Positions 54,552 through 64,000 of a DNA stretch of 64,000 bases are shown here, piece by piece. The DNA lies in contig OZ024745.1 of the NCBI GenBank assembly GCA_964016885.1, positions 97,588,001 through 97,652,000 on the forward strand, written 5' to 3'. The notes under the pieces are model-generated. The model had not been told where the DNA came from. It did no database searches and was given only the letters and a program-made list of their open reading frames with translations. This DNA comes from Eledone cirrhosa. Taxonomy: Eukaryota. The translations under genes were made by a program, and so were the position numbers. The first letter of the stretch is position 1. Each line of letters begins with the position of its first letter.

Positions 54552-57500
54552 ATATTTTGGCGTGGGAGATTATTTATTAAATTTAAAATGAATAATATCT
54601 CCGACAGTACTGCCACAACTACAGGCATGTTGAATAACTGGTTACTCTTCTAACTATATCTTCTGAAGACACCTGTTATTCGAATTCGTAGAGATATCCG
54701 ACTAAATACATAATTCATTTTACAAAGATTTGCTACAAACAGCATGGCTGAACACAACATCAACAACAACATTAAGGAAGTATCGAAGACTAACAACAAG
54801 AAAGGTAAACAAACTTTATTCAGTTGTAGCTACAGAAGAAACCGAAATTATAAATCGCAATTATCTTGGAGTTGCGAACTTAATAATAATTTATTTAATT
54901 GTTATAAAATGGCAACAAAAAAAACAATCCCTCCATTGGCTATATGAACAGAATGAAGCTACACTGGGACGAAATGCACCCAGAGCTAAATTATTTCACA
55001 GCGAAACAATTACGCCAACAAGCGACGTTTGTTGAACGTAAAAATAAGATAAATAGTATTAATTGTAAGTCCCCCACAACAAACATGGGATCAACAACAC
55101 GTGCTACAGGTCGCCATGCTACTAGACTTCCTAGCAACCAGGTCGAACAGCGCCTTGAAACAACTATGCCTGAAAGAAACTTGACACCACGTGTACCATC
55201 CGAGTCTACCTCGACTGTTGTGGAAAATACTATCTATAATGATAATAATACCATCATATATAACTAAAATAGAAAAAAAGATTGCTGACCTACGAAAAAA
55301 CATAGGATATGTGACAATGCTCCTTACATGCAAACAAACACAAAAAAAACCACACTCCTCACCAAGAAAGAGGGAAAAATAAAATAGAGACGATGTTTGA
55401 TAACAGTAGAACCAGAACTCTTCAATATAAGCTGATCACCCTCAAACAAGAATTGAGAGCTGTTAGCGAAAAACGCCGATACCCGAAGAAGGTAGATGAG
55501 AGAAAAGTGCTTAATAAAAGATTCAGACGAAACCAAACATCAGTCTATAGAGATATGAAGGGCAAAATAACAAATGTCACTGAGGCCCCATCCCAGAAAG
55601 ACAGATTCCTTTTGGAGTAAAATAGGGGGTGAAAAGAAGAATTTCAACCAAGATGCAGTGTGGCTAAGAGAAATCCGAAAGAACTATTGCTCCTACACTA
55701 CAACAAAAACATACGAAATAAGTGAGGGTACCTTGAGACTGTGATAGGAAAACTCCAAGATAAGAAAACACCAGGAAGAGACATGATTGTCGGCTACTGG
55801 TACAAAAAACTCATATTCTATCGGAGGTATCTTACTGACCTCTACCAACAAGTTCTTAAAGGAGATACACTTATACCAGAATGGTTGACATTAGCACAAA
55901 CATTACTGGTCCCCAAGAACAAAGATACCCACTTGGTAAAAAAATACCGACCCATTGCATGCCAGAACCTGATGTATAAGATGTATACAGCCAGCTTGAA
56001 CCTATTCCTCCAAGATCAGTGTGAAAATAATAACATCATCACAGATGAACAAACAGCTGGAAAGAAAGGGGTTTGAGGATGCGCTGAACAACTCCTAAAC
56101 AACAAAACTGCGATGTCGGAGGTGCGACAACTTAGGAGGAATATGACTACAGTCTGGCTAGACTACAGGAAAGCTTTCGATTCTGTTCCCCACTCTTCGA
56201 TGATAGAGGTCCTCCAACTTGCTAAAGTCCCTGACATTATTGTCAGAGCCGGGCGGTGAATTGGCAGTATCGGTAGAGGGTTGGACGCCATGCTTTCTAG
56301 CATAGTTACGTCCCTTTACAGTCTGAGTTCAAATCCCGCCGAGGTTAACTTTGCCTTTCATCCATACGAGGTCGATAAAATAAAGTACCAGTAATGTACT
56401 GGGTAATTGCTGGCCTTGTGCCTAAAGTAGAAACAATTATTGTCAGAGCCATAGCTGTCTTCTTCTTGGGCTACTATCCTAAGGTTAAAGACAGAGAGGG
56501 AGGACTCTATTTTCACTGATAAAATAAAATATTGCAGGGGTATATTTCAGGGGGACAGTCTCTCTGTGATATTATTCATCTTGTCATTAAACCCCTTGTC
56601 CTTTCTGCTCAAGAAATGTGAGGGATACATCATTGGCTCACAGGAGGTCAGAAATACGAACCTAGCCCATAATTTCTTTGTGGACGATCTGAAACTCTAT
56701 GCCAAGAACATGGATGGGATGAAGAAAAATCTTGACCTGGTTACAACGTTCTCAAAGGATATAGGAATGGAGTTTGGCCAAGATAAATGCTCATACATGA
56801 GTAAGCGGGGAAAAACAACAACCCAATCTAGCCACAGTCTCATCAATGGTCTAACTGTTTCACCGATATCTGATGAGGACTGCTACAGATACTTGGGGAT
56901 AGATGGGAACATGTCCTTTAATGGTATCTGTAATAAAGAACGCGTAACCAGGGAATACTACACCCGATTAAGAAAGATTTGGTCATCGGAACTCTCTGCG
57001 CAAAACAAAACAGTGGCTCACAATGTGTTTGCTGTGCCTGTCCTAACACCAACGTTTGGAATACTCAATTGGAAGATTGAGGAAATCCGAGCAGTTGATG
57101 TTGGAACTCGAAAAATACTAAACAACACCGGAAACTTCCACATCAACAGTGACATAGACCGCCTTTACTTGAAATGTAAGCGAGGAGGCAGAGGCCTAAC
57201 ATCAGTCCAGACACCATTTGAATGTCGCATCATATCTCTCCGACAACATCTACGAATCTCGAAGCTTAGGAGCCTGTCTCTCAAGAAAGTCTATCTGCAT
57301 GAAACAGATAAGATCATGAGAGTTGGGAAGGATCTCCTCGAGAGATGTTCCCTGTGTGATAATAAAAAAACTCACATCCAGGGAAGCCGCTCAGTAGTAT
57401 CGCAGTGAATCCATGGATGAAAAACTGCATGCTATCAGCAAAAAATAATGCATGGATATGTTGCCAGGAAGCTCCAGAGTGAAAGTAATATAGATAAGGA

Positions 57501-58290
57501 AAGTAGTCTATTTTGGACCAACAACCGCTATATTGGCTCCCACTTTGAAGGATTCGCTTTTGCAATCAAAAAACAGGAGATTAACACGAAATACCTGATT
57601 CACAAAAGAGATAGGGATTCAGGCAAAACACCTAGATGTGATAACAAGTGCAGACTCTGCAGAACTAACATCGAGGATATCACCCATGTCATCAGCAGCT
57701 GTCCAAAGGTGTCATCGCGGTACTATCTACCTATGAGGCATGATGTAGTGGCCAAAACACTGTACAATGCAGTTCGTAAAAAAGATAGCCCCGATAATAA
57801 ACACATTAAAAGGTACAGCAATGTGGAAGACATCCATGTACATAATATGAAAGAGTACTGGTGGAATGTTCCAGTAACACCCCCAATAAAATGCAGGCAT
57901 AACAGACCAGATATTATGATATGGGACAGAGTGAGGAATGCATGCACAATAGTGGAAATTATCTGCCCAGCAGATGCCAATATAATATCAAAGATTAGCG
58001 AAAAGGAGAATATTTATGCAGAACTGATAAGAAATCTGCAGATACTTCACCCTGATTACACCTTCTAATAACTGCATATACACATGTACAGATACAAAGC
58101 ATATACACATGCACGCATACAACTCAAAACATACACATCTACACATACAATAACATCCATATCTACACATGCTTGCATAATCTACTTAGTTGATGTTGTG
58201 TAAATTCCAATGAGAGAGTCTTGTGTCTATGTTAGAAACCGACTCTCTCTCTAATGGGAGAAAATTTGTGAAATTATAAAACCAGAAGAA
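54552..58290 (+). mobile_element. R4/Dong-like RLE non-LTR retrotransposon (family A), near full length, pseudogenised
   Basis: KTPGRD, YRPIAC, WLDYRKAFDSVPH, GIFQGDSLS, FFVDDLKLY, GGRGL, CRLC..H..SSC, RHD, NRPDI motifs; multiple stops and frameshifts; CATA repeats at both ends. Confidence 0.95.
56251..56435 (+). mobile_element. Full-length OK-like tRNA-derived SINE nested in the R4-like RT
   Basis: 15-bp TSD attattgtcagagcc at 56236-56250 and 56436-56450; A- and B-box motifs. Confidence 0.95.
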
Positions 58291-58302
58291 CATACATACA
58301 TA

Positions 58303-59868
58303 GTGGAAAGACTACTCGTGTCCGAGTAGGGTCACTTCTTAGAATGAAAAGAAAAGACGACATGTTGACTACTCCAAAACATTTTGTTGATGTCGCTGAT
58401 GTCGCCTTAGATGGCTCAACGAACCAGGATGTGACTTACATGCCATACCTCACAGTGTGCAGTTCAGTTTCCTATCTGCGTCAGTGGGAAACGCCTTCTC
58501 CATCTGTCCGCCGGGGCTGTGGGGAGGCCAGCACGTGGGACCCCATTTGCTTACCATACAGTGAGATGGGGGAGGGTGAGAGAGATGGAGGCGGTGACAG
58601 TGGGAGTTCGGCTCTTCCACGTTCAGACCATATCCTTGTGGTTGTGTTCATTATCTATATAGATTGGCACGCCTTGTGGTGCTATGTGAGTCCACTTTCA
58701 GAGTGACACATTTTGGTGTAGATGCCACATGCAAAATCAAGATCTGCGGGGTACTCAAATGCGTTATTTCCATGAGTATGACACCTGCTATGGCTTAGTA
58801 GCTCAGTATTACATACATGCACGTCTGCAATCCCCACAGGTAAGAGTTCCTTTCAAACCTCGTTCTGGGAGCGGACTAACATCCCTCATATATTCAGCTG
58901 CTCGCTTCACTTCGGCATAGACCTTCTGTTTCTTTTCAAATTCTTCAACCCCCGCAGCAATGAGATTTCGCCAAAGGGCTCTATCGGTTGCATGATTTTC
59001 CCCTCTTTCCGTGTTGATGTTGACTTTCTTCAAGGTATCTTTCAGGCAGTCTTTGAGGCGTCTGTGTGGTTTGCACCGTAAGCGTTTGCCTTGCAACAAT
59101 TCGCCATACAAAACTTGCTTGGGGATTCTGCTGTCATTTAGGCGAATTATATGACCTGTATACCGAAGGTGCTGTTTCATGATGAAGCTCTTGATGCTTG
59201 GCATACAGGCCCGCAGTAGCACATGAGATATTAAGAATAGAGCACAAACATAGTTGGTTGAAGCGTTCGAGACGCTGGATATGCTGGATATGCCGACACT
59301 ATGTTGTCCATGCCTCACATCCATACAGCAAGGCCGTAAGCACACATGCCTGATACACTTCGTCATTCGTGCGCACATTGATATCTGACTGTGAGCAGCT
59401 TCTCCAGCTTACCAAAAGCATTGGAAGCTTTAAACAGCGGTCTTACACGAGTACTACCCAGGTAGACAAACTTATCTACAACTTTCAAGATTTTTCCTTT
59501 GAAAGATATAGATGGTGGACTATATAGCTATCCGAGTGCATGCTGGTACATTACCACTGTCTTTTTCAGGCTAATTGTCAGATCGAATTCATCACATGCT
59601 ACCGAGAAGCAATCCATCAGACGTTGAAGGTTTTCTATGTGGCTAACAAGATCACAGTCGCCTGCATAAAGAAACTACGTATCAATGTGATATATGTTTT
59701 TGATGTAGCGAGGAATCGTCGGTTATTAAACAAGCCTCCCTGAAGTTCGATAACATATATAAATACCAGTATTAGTGTTGGTGATTACTTTTAGCAAAAC
59801 AACAGCAAAAAAGATGGCAAACAAAGTTGGGGCGAGCAGGTCACCCTGTTTCACGCCTGTCTCAACTA
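58303..59868 (-). mobile_element. RTE-clade LINE 3' portion with C-terminal C2H2 zinc fingers
   Basis: GVKQGDLLAPTLF, VDKFVYLGS, LRYTGHIIRLNDSRIPKQVLYGEL; 3' hairpin tactcg-gaca-cgagta then (tatg)n. Confidence 0.92.
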
Positions 59869-59890
59869 CGTATATATATATATATATATA

Positions 59891-60833
59891 TCTGTATATA
59901 TATAAAATTAAGTGTGTGTGTGTGTGTCTGTGTGTCTGTGTATTACATATAGGGGCCTACATCTTACGACCGTTTTTCATGAAACTTTACAGGCTCATAG
60001 ATTAGTCATCTGGAAGTGTTTTCTATATATCAGCCTATCGTTTTTTATTCCGGGGTCATTCTGCAGATAAAAATCGAGGGGGGGGGGGGGGTTCCACCTT
60101 TTTTTAGGTATCGAAAAATAAGATTTGGGGCTCTAGCTCCCACATTTTGCCATCGATTTCGTTCAAATTTTAAAGCAAAATAGAATTTATCATTGCACAT
60201 TCTGTAATTGCGTTATATTTTGCATTTGTTGTTCAGGGATGGCGGGGCAGCCGCTTAAATATAAAAAAAAAAACACTTTTAGACTCAAATGTCCATCTTT
60301 TCGGCTCTAGCTCCTACATTAATCAACCTACTTTGTTCAAATTTTACACTACGCTACATCTGATTATTTCACGTCTTAAAGTGACTTTACATTTTGGATT
60401 TTTTGTTCAGGAACGGCGTGGAAGCCACTTAAATATTCGAAAATACCACCTTTTCGCTCAAATTTACACCTTTTCGGCTCTAGCTCTCACATTTTTCAAC
60501 CGATTTCGTTCAAATTCGAAACTTCGGCTCCACCTCACACATAAATCAATTTATTTGGTTCAACTTTTATACTACGATAGAACCTATCATTGCAAATCTT
60601 ATAGTAGCTTTACACTTTGCATTTTTTGTTCAGGGACGGCGTGGCAGCCGTTTAATACTTCAAAATACGATTTTTTCCACCTCCCACATATTCCAAACGA
60701 TTTTACTCAACATTTCGCCATTTGCTACACCTTACGACCGATTTTCAAGAAACTCGCAGTCACTAAGATCAACACCTTTTCATCAAAGCAGATATTATTT
60801 TACCTACCCAGGCAACGCTGGGTACTGCTGCTA

Positions 60834-60834
<1 letters not shown>
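59891..60834 (+). mobile_element. Non-autonomous Helitron
   Basis: A|TC start (tctgtatatatataaaa), 3' hairpin cccaggcaacgctggg, CTAG|T end, no TSD; internal direct repeats ggctctagctc at ~60130, 60303, 60476. Confidence 0.9.
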
Positions 60835-60893
<59 letters not shown>

Positions 60894-60896
<3 letters not shown>

Positions 60897-61055
60897 CTTC
60901 TACAGGACTAGAACTGTTTTATTCGTAAGAAATCATCACGAATGAAACAGTTCTAGTCCTGTAGATGCTTTTCTATATTAAATATTTATACTCTGTATTG
61001 CTTTGTATTGAGTACCTTAATTACTGTGGTTACCCCCGATTGAACCCTGGATAAA
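60894..61055. mobile_element. Fold-back mini-element, same family as 25027-25211, opposite orientation
   Basis: Hairpin 60894-60970 with GAAAC-agttcta-GTC-ctgt; tail tattgagtacctta...gtggttacc matches the reverse complement of 25030-25100. Confidence 0.8.
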
Positions 61056-62793
61056 CCTTATAGAAAATACATGAATCAAAGTTCTGTTTAAATCATTTAT
61101 TTGCTTGCAATTGTTTCTTCCAAACCGAGGTTTGGAGTCTTCGGAGCAATTTTTCAATGATTTTTTACATACTTGACCTCCTTTCCAACACAAGAGAGAT
61201 ATAGAAACATATGTATATATTGATGCACAGTGGGTTGACATCCATTATAATAATATAGCATGGCAATTTACATACAAAGATTAAAGTTATATTAAAGGAC
61301 AAAATTAAAGTTAAAATACAACATTGGCAGTTTACAAAGATAAAGCAAGAGGATAGTTTGAAGTAATTAGTGTATGCAATAGTTACTCGTGGGGCATGCA
61401 CGTGTGTCTTATTTATATAAGATTATATTGCGGCAGGGTGTTACATGTAATACAAGCAGTTTAAGCGGGCAATCAAGAGTATTATGGGGGTTGTATTGGT
61501 AAAGTATTTTTTTATATATATATGTATGATATAGAAGCCTGTATGTAGAGAAATGTCAAAAATATTAAAAGTATTAAAAGCGAGAAGCAAAACAACGCCA
61601 CGGTCCTCGCATACAGCACCATTTTCACAATCCAGGAAACGCAATTTATAGATTATATGTTCCTTACACAATCCACGATGATTCAACATTGGATGTTTGG
61701 TGAACCATGTTATAACACTAGAGCTTGTTGTTCTCTAAATCAATTCTATAGAGCAGGTTGTTTTTGTTGCGAAAATTGACATCGTATTATTTTCCGGAAG
61801 TGTGTGTGTGATTAAGGGGAGTTAATGTGTAAGTTGATTTCTATAACTAAATTTATTATCCTAATGTACATTAAATGGTGTCTCAAATGAGTCCCTATCA
61901 TATAAGGTTATAAACAGTTTCTAAATTTAAGTATCTTATCTATAAATTACAGTGTAGTCTATCAAGAAATACTAAAGGAGTTCATATTAGGATGATTACC
62001 TTCTATCATAGAGTGCCACAACTGAATATTCTACATGAAGAGTCAGATCCCCAAATCAGTGATCTTTGTAAGTGTAGTCTACCCGCAGAACCTGGCAGGG
62101 TTTTATTAGAATCACTTCTATATATAACTCCTGGTAAGCTCTGGGTCAGTGCTTGTCTGATTGCATGGCAAAGTTAAATATCACTAGGGTAGACCAGACA
62201 TCAATTCTCACTTACAATGACACTAATCTGACCATCAAGTCATACATGTATGTATAACTCATACATCACTTGTACATAATTCATTGTACTCAGCATATAG
62301 GTTATTTAGCTCTTTTATGTTAATAAATTAATTAATCTTCCATTTATCCAATGATGGCACTCCATACACAGAACAACATTAGCACAACCAATTCAGTGTT
62401 TAAAGTTTACATTAATTATATAGTGGTGTAATGTAGTTTAAGTAATTGAAGGCAAATATACCAAAAGTAGATGTACAAGGGGATATCTCTAGGGTAAAAG
62501 GTACTAGGAGGGTGTCACTATTTGCGTTAAAGTGGATCAATGAGTGTGGAGATGTGGTGTAAGGTGTGCCCTTGAGGTTTGTTGCTAGAGGTGGTGATAA
62601 TTTAAACAGAACTTTGATTCATGTGATTTCTATATAACTGCTCTGTAGAACAACTGATGTTATTACATTGAGCTATTTATCTTACTGGTAATAAGGTAGT
62701 AATAAATTACTGTCTTTCACTGTTTAGGGTTTAAAATATATATAACTATAAAAAGTTTTAGTATATACATAACCATAAATAGTATCCTTAATA

Positions 62794-62892
<99 letters not shown>

Positions 62893-62976
62893 CATATATA
62901 CTTATATATATATATATATATTATATATATATATAAGTATATATGTATATATATATATATATGTGTATATATATAC

Positions 62977-64000
<1,024 letters not shown>

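Overview
This is a repeat-dominated, AT-rich animal genomic window, rich in (TA)n, (CA)n, (TACA)n and (TAG)n microsatellites. The tRNA-derived SINEs resemble octopus OK/OR SINEs, so a cephalopod origin is inferred but not proven. No intact host protein-coding gene is supported; most ORF-track entries are translations of simple repeats. The window holds nested, mostly decayed transposable elements: Penelope-like elements (RT + GIY-YIG), a near full-length L1/Tx1 LINE, R4/Dong-type RLE LINEs in (CATA)n tracts, RTE LINEs with a ~500-bp non-autonomous derivative, CRE and CR1-group fragments, a DD37D (maT) Tc1/mariner element, hAT MITEs, two non-autonomous Helitrons, SINEs and minisatellites. The main hidden signal is catalytic RNA. 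A 483-bp non-coding, partially tandem element at 33454-34169 carries two identical intact type I hammerhead ribozymes (retrozyme-like). Several fold-back mini-elements between TA tracts carry intact or partial hammerheads and share a downstream GAGTGC-like motif. The RTE derivative has a decayed HDV-like fold at its 5' end. All folds were read by eye and none has been computed or tested.
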